Below the pieces are notes generated by a model that was given only the letters and a program-made list of their open reading frames with translations, was not told the origin of the DNA and did no database searches. A DNA stretch of 64,000 nt, taken from contig OZ024742.1 in the NCBI GenBank assembly GCA_964016885.1, positions 112,530,001 through 112,594,000 of the forward strand, in the 5' to 3' direction. Shown here piece after piece: positions 39,143-51,987 of the stretch. Within the stretch, counting starts at the first letter, position 1. Every line of letters starts with the position of its first letter. This stretch comes from Eledone cirrhosa. Lineage: Eukaryota. The position numbers were made by a program, and so were the translations under genes.

Positions 39143-39187
<45 letters not shown>

Positions 39188-39515
39188 AAGTGAGTCCTTC
39201 ATCAGTAACCCTCCAACCGTCCTCGGCATTTCATCGCTTTAAGGGCCATATGCCTCAGGTTGGTGCGAACAACGGCTAAAAAAAGTCGTTGGGACACGTA
39301 AATGAAGGGGGACGCTAGAGTAACAACAAAAAGGGTTTAAGCAACGGAAAGTGAGTAGAAATAGACAAGTCCCAGATCTCTATGAATATAAACTCTGTGA
39401 AATCGTGAACAAGAGACGAAAGACCATCGAACCTGGTAGAAATGTGAGCAAGGAAAGAATTTCGCCCAAGTTTGACGGGGGGAAAAAAGAGAGAGAGAGA
39501 GACAGAGAAAGGAGA

Positions 39516-39604
39516 GAAGAGGAAGAAGAAGAAGAAGAAGAAGAAGAAGAAGAAGAAGAAGAAGAAGAAGAAGAAGAAGAAGAAGAAGAAGAAGAAGAAG
39601 AAGA
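39516..39604. repeat. (GAA)n microsatellite
   Basis: Near-pure run. Confidence 0.95.
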
Positions 39605-40735
39605 TAAGGTGGTCTGGTCTGCGAAATCGGTAAACGCAAGTTTTGTGAAGTCACAGACGGAAGAGAGAGAGAAAGAAATTCCATACCAGCTCGGTCAAGA
39701 CTGCGCGAGAAAAGAATTACACACAGGTCAAACTTGAAGGAGGAGGAGGAAAGAGGAGGAGGTGAGGTAGTGACAGAGAATGAGTGAGTGAAAGTTGAGG
39801 AGAGGGTAACAGAGAGGGAGAGAGACTGCTAGAAGTGGTAAAGATACAAGGAACAGACAGACAGGCAGCATGGAAAATTTAATATGTGTATATATATATA
39901 TATATATACATATCGTTTATACTTGTGTAATAGTCGAATTCTTTATACCAAATTTCAGGATAAATATATGAAGCCAACTGTTACGTTGAAACTACTTTTG
40001 GGGGGCTTGTAATTAAAACCACTGTTCAAATACAGTTTTAGTAGCAGAAGAACAATGAATTACAGTAATATTACCGTTTCTATGCATCAAACCACACGTT
40101 CTAATAAATATCAAAACACATAATCAAAGCAAAGTAGCTCTTTATAAATGTTTACTCTTCCTCACTAACTCGAATCCAGAAAACGTAAACAGGCTAGCTT
40201 AATGCAATAACTTAATGTCACACAATTAGTGCTTTTACCATGGATAATATATCTACCTGTGTGCCAGAACTTACCGTAGTACGTGTCACATTTTGACTCG
40301 TTATCCGTGAAATATGAATGTCGAACTTTAAACAAGCTCTATAGAAAAGTTCTGATAATTTGGCCAAAATTAGGGTGTCGACCTTTACATGATATCGGTT
40401 ATTACTCGAGTATATAAGTTATATGCATATGAGAACAGTGATAAGGGTAAAGAAAAACAGAGGAAAAAGACTACAGGACCACGAGAGAAATAACCTTTTG
40501 AAATGTCAGATGACATTAAGGGCTCTGGAGCAAACTTTGTGTGTCTGTGTGGGTGTGTGCGTGAGTCACAAAGGAAGAGAGCAGACTATACATAGGAGGA
40601 GCGCTCAGAGAAATTACAACAGAAATAGAGAGACAGAGACCGGGGAGAGGGGTATAAAAAAGCAGCGAAAAGTCGGAAGGAAAATTAATACAGAATAAAT
40701 GATATATATGTATGAGATAAAATAATGGTATTTAA

Positions 40736-41600
40736 CTAATGTAATGGTACGCGATTGGGCCCACCCACAGCCTCGGCGGACAGAATGGAGAAGGCGTTTC
40801 CCAGGAGGACGGCAAGGAAGACGCGCTGGAAAAGCCACTCCAACTCGCGGGGCTCACACCTACGGCGGGCCAGCTCAGCGCCTATGGTGGTGAGTAAGGA
40901 GGTAGCCCTGGGGCCGAGGACCCAAGAAGTTTCCACTGCCAGGGGAAGGACCGCAAACCTGTCGGAGAACGACCGGTATTTGAGGAGTTTGGCTCCCTCA
41001 GCTCGACGTGCAGCAGAACCTGGGTCAGTCGCAGACTGCACCAGTTTGCGGCTGCACAAAGTGTCGGTGCAAGTGGCATCCCAGAGGAGGGGTTTGCCAC
41101 CGCGGAATGGGAAGATGGTCATGCCATCTGGCCGTTTGCCGTCCTCTCGATCCAGCCCCACCGGTTTGAGCTGAGAGGGAAGTCTGCAGTGTCCAAGCCA
41201 TGCTTATGACCTCCTTGAGGGCAGTATGGTGTGGAATGCAGCCGGTACTGTGGCGACAGGAAAGCGGGTGGAGGCGGAAGAGTCCACGGTGGAATCGCAG
41301 CGACATTGGTGTGGCTGGCAGTTCCGACGCCAGAGCCTCAAGGAAACGCCTATTCGCAGGCTATGTTTGTCTAGCTGCGTGCCAGTGGAGAAGGAGGGTA
41401 GAGCATGGAGCCAGGCCCCATTGTGGGGTTTGGAGGTCGTACGAAAACAAGCAATGCGGTGCTGGTCGAACTGGCGCCTGAGGCTGTCTGAGGCCAGGTT
41501 GCACTGGATGGCATCCCAAGTGCGTTGAGGGCACTTGACTTCAACAGAGGAAGAAGGAGGAGGGACGTCTACTGGGCTAAGTCCCAGCCGGTCCCACGTC
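40736..41600 (-). mobile_element. CRE-clade non-LTR retrotransposon 3' fragment (Zn knuckle plus restriction-like endonuclease)
   Basis: GAWLHALP, LRIGVSLRL, CRC...HPLSC, DGKRPDGMTIFPFRGGKPLLWDATCTDT, PLAVET, LFQRVFLAVLLGNA; GC-rich; frameshifted. Confidence 0.85.
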
Positions 41601-41799
41601 TCACTGGTGGTCTCACGTTCTCTGAACACAGAGGGTTCTGTTGTGTTTTGAAGAAAAGTTATATATATTTGTGTAATGCTTGATATAGTAAGGGTTGAGG
41701 ATGTCAAGGTCCTGTTAAAGTCTCTGTTAACGGCTTAATGGTTTTAGTAGTGCACAGAATAATATATTAATAATTTGGAATTTTCAGAAGTATTAAATC

Positions 41800-44650
41800 A
41801 TTGTTTAAAACTTGCGTAAGAGATATACTAAGAAATAAAGTTACTCAATTTATTCTAGACAACATGGATATGACGAACGTGTATTTTTTCATCTCTTAAA
41901 ATATAGTTCCCTTGGTATAATTTAAGGTTGTATTTCTTCATAAATTATTTCCCCGTTTAGAGTTATCAATTGGATTACTCTAGAAGAAAAGAATAACGTG
42001 CATTTCTTAGTCGTATTTTCGTCAGTCCTGGTTGCAGTATCTGTTGTTTGTGTAATATATCTTGTTCCAGACATACATTTATAAGTTCGGCCAATACTGT
42101 CCTCTGTGCAGCCGAAAAATACTATATAGTACATCAGATTTTCTCATTTGTATTTTATTTCTGTATTAAAAAAAAAATGATTTACTCTTCTAACTATTTT
42201 GAAATTTACATTCATCATCACGGCACGTCCAAATTTACTATCTCAATATATGTTCCATCTAATGAAAATTATAGGGATCTTTGGTCTCTGCGTGCTTGCA
42301 ATGAATGTGGTTTTTCCTTACTTCAATTTTATGCTTTGAAAAATAATTGTTTGGTTTGTGTTAATGATGCCAAATACATATTATACATCTGGATAATAAG
42401 CCTGTCAAATAGAATATTTCTTTAAAATTCTAATTATATATATAAAACGTGTTTGTCATTTTTTCGGGGGATGTCATGAATCCAAGGGTTCATTTCTATT
42501 AATAAAATCAAACTCTAAGTTCACCGTGGCCTGTTTCAGTAGATTTGGATTCAACACTATTTCTCTTGTCATTCAATATAAAATGTACCGTTTGATGTAT
42601 GAAGTGAGGCATAAATGAGATTTGAAACATTGATGTTTGTCTATCTTTCAGTCAGGCATTGTATTTTAATTCTGGTACTACATTACCAAAAATGTTAATT
42701 ATATCATATATTTTTATGTTGTTTTGTGGGAACATTTCAAATTGTGTGCAATGTACGTATTTCGCATTTTGATTTGTTACACAATATAAAACTGCCACGA
42801 AGAAAAGTGTTCCTCTTCCAGCTAACGTTTTCCTTGTATTTGCGAGCAAACGTCACTTTCTATTCATGATATAATTTATATTCTAGGAATCGTATTATAT
42901 GTGTAGCATATGAGGGCGCTGCATTTGGTTCTTATTGTAGGCCTATAACTTTTCCCATTAACGTTAAATGTGATTTTTTCGAATACTTGGTACAGTGTTA
43001 GTAAATCTTGTTTGAAAAGTCCACTTAGTTTGTCAATGTTTTTTTTTCTATCTTGCACTTGAATCTCGATTCGATGAGTTTCACATGTTGGGGTAAAGAC
43101 ATGTTCCGACAAATATTAAAATAAAGGTTAGCGAAACTGCCGATGGAAATTATTTAAGAAAATCCATGTCATCTCACAAATGACACAGGACTATTGGATA
43201 TGGAAGTTTAATAAGCACATTTATAAAGTGGTAGTGACGATGTTTTGGATAATATTGTCCGGAAAAGAATGGTCACATCTTAATACCATTACTACTCTGT
43301 AATGGATATTTTGGTTTTTAATGGCCTCTTGCATCTTTGAGCATATATGAATGTTTGTTCAGCCATATAATTTGATTTGCCCCACTTAAGACTAGCATAA
43401 TTAATACATTTATTAGTGAAAGAGTATGAGCGTTGTTTGATGAATGCATTTATTTCGTTTAGAGTGTTCTTCAACCCCATTCGTATTTTCCTCCTTTTAA
43501 TAGTTCTACTACATTTTTCTTTAAATAAAACTGTAATCATAATGCTATTTACTCAGCTTTCGTTAGCTTGCTTTAGAATACGTGTATTGTTTGTCATTGT
43601 ATGTAGGATCTCTCCTTTTCAGAGGTTTTGTTTGTGTTAATCGGTCCCAATGGAGAATTTAGAAATGCGTCAGTATATGTATCTGTCCCTCTCATTCTTT
43701 CTTATTGTTGATCAGTCCTCCCAGTCGGATATGTTTAATGAACATGAATGGCAGCCATTAGTTCCGAGTTGATTTATGTTGGTATGGATGTATATGTGAA
43801 ACCATTCAATATTTTATCAAATGAATCGTGTTTATGTTTATTTTCGGTAAATATGACATGGAGATCAACAATTTTGGATGCGTATATATTCTTGGTGTCA
43901 TCAGATTTGATGACAGGAGTTAATGCGTTAAATCTAAAAGGTGGTTACAAGATTACAACTTCAGGAGTTCTGTTTCCTTTCTGGGTGGAATGGGTCCCTA
44001 ATTTTCCAGATTCTCTATATTTTTACTATTCTATTTTGTCCACTTGCATATCACCCTTTCTTTTAAAGAATCGAACATTGTCTATACCGTTGGTTGTATA
44101 TTATGAGGGTTTAAATCTTCTATGGGGACCGCCTATTTACACCATTTCATCTTATGCTCTCCTCAAAAGGCATTTTCGTTGTTGGTTTTAGGAGCTGTGA
44201 CAGCTTTTGTAATTGTAGTGTATGTGTTTCTACCTTGAATTTAAGCTGACTTTCCGTTAGATTCTGCATATGTTTTACAAAGCTTTGTGGCTGAGTTTTT
44301 TTGTCTAAAGGTTTTGTGATATGTTATCTTACTTTCACTTTATTTATCCAATTTTCGCATATTTTCTTTTGTCTTTTTTTGATTATAGGAGTCGCTCAAT
44401 ATTTCTCTTCACATATCTCAGCAAATTATTCTGTTCTTGCCCCACTATTATTGGATTTACTTTCATCCTATTTCCTATTTGTTTCCATAAATGTTGATAT
44501 TTTTCTCGACAGATACGATCAATTCGTTTAAAACTGTGAGTACAGATCGTGGGTCATATTGTCTCAAATCTTTCTTGACATCACATTTACGGGATTGTAG
44601 AATATGTATTTCTGAATTTGAACGACACAATCCTAGATATTTATATATTT
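41800..44650 (-). mobile_element. Highly degraded near full-length Neptune-like PLE
   Basis: Minus-strand remnants in order: FVRDDMDFL-like segment (~43170), FEKITFNVNGKSYRPTIRTKCSA (RT motif B region) and NLMYYIVFFGCTEDSIGRT (GIY-YIG). Confidence 0.6.
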
Positions 44651-45524
44651 CTGATTTCTGTATATTATAAAACTTGTGTTTCAGTAAATATTCACCATTT
44701 CTAATCGTTTTATTTCATTTTGTTATTTTATGTTTATATTTCACACACATACTCCCACGCACATGCACACAACCAAGTACACACACACACACACATACAC
44801 ACACACACAATAAAATGAACCTGTGCTACATATATAATATATATATAAGCGTGCATGTATGTATGCAGTGTGAAGACGAGATACATGTAGTGATGTGTGC
44901 TCTTTATATCAAGTATTTGTATCATTTGTAATGGGTATGTATTATATGAAGCGGTTTATGTGAGACATATATATGCAATATACATATATTTACCCCATAG
45001 TTTACCTCATTTTATCTATTTATCATCTAATTTCTAGATGTACGGATATATAGATAGTCCTCCTACATCATCCATCTTTTATTATCATACTTTCATCTAT
45101 TGTTCTCCTACTTGTCTATCGCGTTGCCATTTCCACCCCACCTGTCATTTCCTTATCTTATTATCTACCTTGTCTAGGCACATCTACCATTCTCTACTCC
45201 ATCCTGACCTTTTGTAACACTCCTAACCTCCATCACACTTCTCCCTTCCATCACCGACGCCACAACGTCCTCCTCCTACCTCATCATCTCTCTAGCCCAA
45301 TGAAACAATCCTTCCCCATTCTTTTCACAATGGCACTTCTGTCCATTTACAACCACTTGTGCTTGTTAGAACTGATCAGCCCCAACAAATGTCACCATAA
45401 CACACTTTCTACAAGTGCTTTTCAGCATAAATTCGAGAAAGATTCTTTATGCACCACTATACACTTGCAAACGGCTCCCGCATATATGAGGAATCCGATA
45501 GCGATGACGTTCTGTTTTATATAT

Positions 45525-45555
<31 letters not shown>

Positions 45556-45557
<2 letters not shown>

Positions 45558-45745
45558 ACGAAGGAGTTGTGGTACGGAACCAGATGGACCATAACGGACC
45601 AGAGTACTCAATACTTAGGGTAGAAGACTGGTTAATAGGAAAATGTATGACCATGACGGCAGAGCTCAAGCCGTTTCGACGGCTATTTCTGGACTATTTA
45701 GTCCAGAAATAGCCGTCGAAACGGCTTGAGCTCTGCCGTCGGCGT
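45556..45745 (-). mobile_element. Solo pLTR fragment of the 16773-20413 PLE family with a short fold-back
   Basis: TAACGAAGGAGTTGTGG...GACGGCAGAGCTCAAGCCGTTTCGACGGCTATTTCTGGACTA, then its inverse at 45697-45745; same terminus against (TA)n as at 16773. Confidence 0.85.
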
Positions 45746-45785
45746 CATATTTATATACCTATATATATATATATATATATATATA

Positions 45786-46326
45786 TGTAAGTATGTATGT
45801 ATACGTACATACATATATGTATACAGACGTACAGTAGCATGCATATATATACACATATATATATACATATATATACACATATGCATACAGGTACACATAC
45901 ATATATGCACGCATCAGTTTAGCCGACGTTTATTATAACGCCGGCCGCTTTGTTCGTTTGTTTGTCAACAAACCGAAAAGCCTGAATTTATGCCATACGG
46001 TGTTAAGGCAACCACGTCACCTTTTTGTTCAACACTGACACAGGAGCGATGTATTAGTTTCAAGCTTGTTAGCTATCATCATCACCGTTTACCCATCTGC
46101 CAGATAGTTGAACGTTCGAAAGTATATACTTTCCTTATGAAAATTAACGGCTGAGCAGCCTAATTTGCAGATTGAGTGAGTTAAATCGGTCAGGCATACC
46201 GAAAACGATAAGCTGAAAAAAATGAAAACGAAATTTGATTTCTCACTCTTAATATGGCACTTACTTAAATGTAAGTATGTATGTATACGTACATACATAT
46301 ATGTATACAGACGTACAGTAGCATGC

Positions 46327-46369
<43 letters not shown>

Positions 46370-47410
46370 TATATATATACACATATGCATACAGGTACAC
46401 ATACATATATGCACGCATCAGTTTAGCCGACGTTTATTATAACGCCGGCCGCTTTGTTCGTTTGTTTGTCAACAAACCGAACAGCCTGAATTTATGCCAT
46501 ACGGTGTTAAGGCAACCATGTCACCTTTTAGTTCAACACTGATACGGGAACGATGTACTAGTTTCAAGCTTGTTAGCTATCATCAGCACCGTTTACTCAT
46601 CTGCCAGATAGTTGAACGTTCGAAAGTATATACTTTCCTTATGAAAATTAACGGCTGAGCAGCCTAATTTGCATATTGAGTGAGTTAAATCGGTCTGGCA
46701 TACCGAAAACGATAAGTTGAAAAAAATGAAAACGAAATTTCATTTCTCACTCTTAGTATGGCACTTACTAAACTGTAAGTATGTATGTATACGTACATAC
46801 ATATATGTATACAGACGTACAGTAGCATGCATATATATACACACATATATATATATATATATATATACATATATATACACATATGCATACAGGTACACAT
46901 ACATATATGCACGCATCAGTTTAGCCGACGTTCATTATAAGGCCGGCCGCTTTGTTCGTTTGTTTGTCAACAAACCGAACAGCCTGAATTTATGCCATAC
47001 TGTGTTACGGCAACCACGTCACCTTTTTGTTCAACACTTGAAACTAGTACATCGTTCAAAGCTTGAAACTAGTAAATCGTTCCTGTGTCAGTGTTGAACA
47101 AAAAGGTGAGTGGTTGCCTTAACACCGTATGGCATAAATTCAGGCTGTTCGGTTTGTTGACAAACAAACGAACAAAGCGGCCGGCGTTATAATAAACGTC
47201 GGCTAAACTGATGCGTGCATATATGTATGTGTACCTGTATGCATATGTGTATATATATGTATATATATATATATATATGTGTGTATATATATGCATGCTA
47301 CTGTACGTCTGTATACATATATGTATGTACGTATACATACATACTTACATTTAAGTAAGTGCCATACTAAGAGTGAGAAATGAAATTTCGTTTTCATTTT
47401 TTACAACTTA
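45786..47410 (-). mobile_element. Second HHR-bearing tandem array (~484-504-bp units, 2.5 copies) plus a ~350-bp inverted copy
   Basis: Units start at 45786, 46270 and 46774; inverted segment ~47060-47410; internal (TA)n length varies between units. Confidence 0.85.
46549..46593 (-). ncRNA. Minimal type-I hammerhead ribozyme
   Basis: Minus strand AACGGTG-CTGATGA-TAGCTAACAAGCTT-GAAA-CTAG-TA-CATCGTT: 7-bp stem I, palindromic ACUAGU, GUA site. The copy at ~46045-46089 has C3A and a stem III change. Confidence 0.8.
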
Positions 47411-47548
47411 TATATATATATATATATAATGGTAGATATATCGAAGAGATAGAACAACACCTGTCCGTACGACGTGTCTTAATTTATTGTTTTTTTGGTC
47501 AGTTACTACAATATTACTAAATGGCACTGTTGTAGTAACCGGTTTAGA

Positions 47549-47590
<42 letters not shown>

Positions 47591-47598
<8 letters not shown>

Positions 47599-48016
47599 TA
47601 AACGGAATAGAAAATGCTGACAAATTGTTCACAGTTGAAAAATGGTTTAATTAGGAATAAAAGAGTATTAGTGATTGTATGGGTTAGTATTCAGTTGTGG
47701 TTTTAAGTTTTTAAGATTTACCGGTTGCGCATTTCTAAATGCTTTTCAAAAATAATTTTGAGATAGAGTGTCCGTGCTGTTTGCTCCAGAGCAAACAGCA
47801 CGGACACTCTATCTCAAAATTATTTTTGAAAAGCATTTAGAAATGCGCAACCGGTAAAAACTTAAAAACTTAAAACCACAACTGAATACTAACTCATACA
47901 ATCACTAATACTCTTTTATTCCTAATTAAACCATTTTTCAACTGTGAACAATTTGTCAGCATTTTCTATTCCGTTTACCAATATATAATAACTTGTGTGT
48001 TACACCTCTATTCTTT

Positions 48017-48020
<4 letters not shown>
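47591..48020 (+). mobile_element. PLE hairpin-plus-tail element (195-bp arms, 2-nt spacer) of the 11984-14335 family
   Basis: 47591-47786 is the inverse of 47789-47985; tail 47986-48020; (TA)n on both sides. Confidence 0.88.
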
Positions 48021-48059
<39 letters not shown>

Positions 48060-49279
48060 GTGTGTGTGTGTGTGTGTGTGTGTTAGTGTGTGTTTAAATG
48101 CGTGTGAGTGAGTGTATGTGCGTGTGCGTGTGTGTGTATTCAATCATAAATCACTGTAGATATGTCATTGCAAAATCATCTCATTCCCACTTTCACACTT
48201 CTTTCTCTCACTTTCTATTCACATATATACGATTGCACCGCCACATCATCGTACACGAAAACAAGCAGCTTCTCTTGGGACCATACTACGAAAGGAAATA
48301 TTAAGGCAACGATCATATAGGCTACCACCTCATTTTGACGCAGCTCCTCTTGATACACCTATGTGTGTGGGTTTATGTATATGTAGAAATTCATTCTTGG
48401 ATAAGCACCGACGTTGGGGAGTCCACGTCCGCAGACTCACTCAATTCTCCACACTATCACAGTAGCTATCCTGTCACGCTCCAACGCTCACCCTTCAGAC
48501 ATATGAACACACTTATACTTGTGCACACCCATACGCAAAACAACGCACGTACACCCACATGTCAACTCATATATACATTGATCACCGCCTATTCTTAATG
48601 TCTTTAACCCATAACATACTCCTCGAACAGTAAATATTAAAAATCCCTGATTGAATAGGCGTGTGTGTTTTTGTGACTTTTTTTAATAATTATAACTATA
48701 TACACTTGTTGTTTATTATTCTTAAATAACCAAATGTCCCAAACCTCATATACATAAGGGAGGGTATATAAAAGAGCGAAAAAAGGGCTAATCAACACGT
48801 TTGCAACTGAAATGGGTCTTACAATGAAATCGACTTCATAAACACATGGATTTCTCCCTCCCATACTGAAAATACAAACACTCTATGTCTGAATCATATT
48901 TTTGTAAAACAGCGCAAAAGTTCATTAACCGGTTGGTGAAGCAGAATCCATATAACGTTACACGTAATGAGATCTCATTTAAATTAATCCAGAGTCACTT
49001 TGAAAAACAACGACACAATTTCTCCAAATATTGGCCAAAGGAATCAAAAACAATAACAAAAGCCACGAAATCAACGACATCAACAACTACAACAACAGCC
49101 ACAGAAACAGCAACAGCATAAACAACCCCTCCTAAATTTCAGCACATAGAACATTTACTGAATGTCACTGTTATCAGTAACCACCAAAATTGTCATCATC
49201 ATCATCATCAGCATCATCATCATCGTCGTTATCATCTTCATCATCTTCGCCTAATATTAAAATCTCTACCACCTCAACA

Positions 49280-50615
49280 AATAATAAACCAATATTTGTT
49301 TCCCCTGCATCCTCACCTCAATCCTATGGTACGAAGAAAAGTCTGTAAAGATCTATGAATGAGCATGTGACTTTCACAACGACAAACCAAAATATGCCAT
49401 TATTCAGTACGCCAGACCCTCTGCATACGCAGTGACGGCATCTTCACGCACCTACTTGGAAGTAAACGCACAATCCCTATGAACACTCCCAGCGAAAGTC
49501 AAATCATACATCTCACAATAACACCAAAAACACTTACTACTAAATCAAACCCTATAACAGGCGTAACCAGGAATCCTAAGATCTGCCGTTATTCCCAACG
49601 CGAGCAATTATGTCTGCAGCATTATTCTCCCTTCACTCATATTTCAGGGACTTGACGCACTAAGAGAAATAGGGCTCCGAACCAATATCTAACCCACAGT
49701 AAAATTATACTTTGTTACAATATTGCTGGTAAAGAATGTTTACGAAGGAAGACAATCAACCATCTGTAGAAACTATAACCTTACATAACTGTGCGACCAG
49801 ACAGCCACTCAGCAGTTGTTCCCAAAACAAGGAAAATTGAGCTGACGGAGGATAAATTCGAAGTAATCTGCTTTTCCAAAGCGGATGCACTGAAACTTTC
49901 ATATACTCAGTAAGGTGAAACATTCTTTGCATCCAACAGTATCAGAGTCTTGAGATTAATTGTTGATAACAACATAAGCTGTGCTACTCATATAAACAAA
50001 GTTGACGTAGCCCACAGGTTATTTTCTAGGATTCTCAGAATTTCCAGGTCGAGAGATATCCACACCATTAACTTTCTCTTCTCTAGTTTTGCCCGGTCAC
50101 AGGAAACAAAATATTATAAAAATTAAAACCACGCAAATGCGACCACAAAAAAATATAGATGGCATGTCAGGCATTGGCTATTGAAGTCGACTAGAAAAGC
50201 TGAAACTCTACACTTTCCAATGACACCGTGAGCGCTAAATTATCGGCATGATGCGGAAAATATCCCATTAGCTTTGCCTAAATGATGTTGGCAACAACTT
50301 TTTAAAAATAATTCTAAGGCTCGGGCACCGTGCTATCCGACCCCTAAAGAACACTTTACACATGCATATGTTAACAACATTGCGGCACAAGTATTTCACA
50401 TCAACTTGTCCCGATATAAAACAGGAGATCCTATAAATTTCGAAATATCTTTTGCTAAATTCCTCCTAAATATTCTGAAGGAGTCTGCTACACACACATA
50501 TGTTTCCGAAAACAATAACTCCCTACTTGAGCTTAACATGATGTCCAAATAAGATTTGAAAGACTTCGCTAGACATCGCCTGGTCCAATATTGGCAGAAA
50601 CCTATCAAATTGATC
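49280..50615 (+). mobile_element. Degraded CR1-like LINE RT and 3' region
   Basis: Remnant peptides IELTEDKFEVICF, IRVLRLIVDNNISCATHIN and LEKLKLYTFQ*HRER (CR1 LxxLxLxSLxxRRxR motif). Confidence 0.65.
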
Positions 50616-50617
50616 AA

Positions 50618-50660
<43 letters not shown>

Positions 50661-51043
50661 ATATGTATGTGTGTGTATATATATATGTATGTATATATAT
50701 GTGTATATGTATATATATGTATGTATGTATATATGTATATATATATGTGTGTATGTATATATATATGTATGTGTATATATGTGTGTGTATATATATGTGT
50801 ATATATATATATGTATATGTATATATATATGTATGTGTATATGTGTATATGTATATGTATGTATATATGTATATATATGTATATGTATGTGTATGTGTGT
50901 ATGTATATGTATGTGTGTGTATGTATATATATGTATATATATGTATGTATGTGTGTATGTGTGTATATGTATATGTGTATATATGTATATGTATATATAT
51001 ATGTATGTATATGTATGTATATATATATGTGTATATATATATA

Positions 51044-51083
<40 letters not shown>

Positions 51084-51270
51084 TGTATGTGTGTGTATAT
51101 GTATATATATATATGTATGTGTATATATATGTATGTATATATGTATGTGTATATGTGTGTGTGTGTATATGTATATGTATATGTATGTATATATGTGTAT
51201 GTATATATATATATATATGTATATGTGTGTATATATATGTGTGTGTATGTATATGTATATGTATATATAT
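50618..51270. repeat. Compound (TA)/(TG)/(TATG) microsatellite
   Basis: About 650 bp of alternating purine-pyrimidine sequence. Confidence 0.97.
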
Positions 51271-51705
51271 GACCCCTTAGCCTTTGTCAAGGCAGAATTC
51301 TAGGAGAAGGAAAACTCTGATATAGCACCTGCAACCCTGATGGTATCCAATGATGTTGACTTGTTCTTCTTTTTGGTAAATATCATTTCGGTTAAGAAAG
51401 TGGGACTGGCTTTGTGCAGTGCCTTTGCTCACCATAAAAGCTTCACGGCACAGGCATTGCTTTATATCTGGAGATCTCACTGCACTTGTCGTCACGTGGT
51501 ACTATGGGCCCAGCACTATGTGTCAATAATTGTCACAAGTGTAGTGTTTGTACCAGAGTTTTCAAGTCGCCGGCTGGACTAAAAAGTCACACTCGTTCAG
51601 CGCATCGGTAGGGGTTCTCCTACATGGATATAAAGTAGTGGCCGTACTCGAAAACGAGTTGGCAGCCACCATATATATATATATATATATACACATAAAA
51701 ACATA

Positions 51706-51787
<82 letters not shown>

Positions 51788-51940
51788 TATGTGTGTGTGG
51801 TATGTGTGTGTGTGTGTTCAACCTAGTTCATATTTCTACATAAGTGTAGTGGTCTATACATAATATATAAATATATATATATTTATCTATTTATCTGTTT
51901 ACACACGCATGCACACGAACAAAGAAATGGATCTATATAT

Positions 51941-51987
<47 letters not shown>

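Larger units (their letters stand above)
30253..39147. mobile_element. Very young Hydra-like PLE insertion with 3.37-kb inverted arms and a 3' tail
   Basis: Arm 30253-33620 is the reverse complement of 35646-39011; the spacer holds the RT-EN ORF; unique tail 39012-39147; (TA)n on both outer flanks. Confidence 0.93.
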
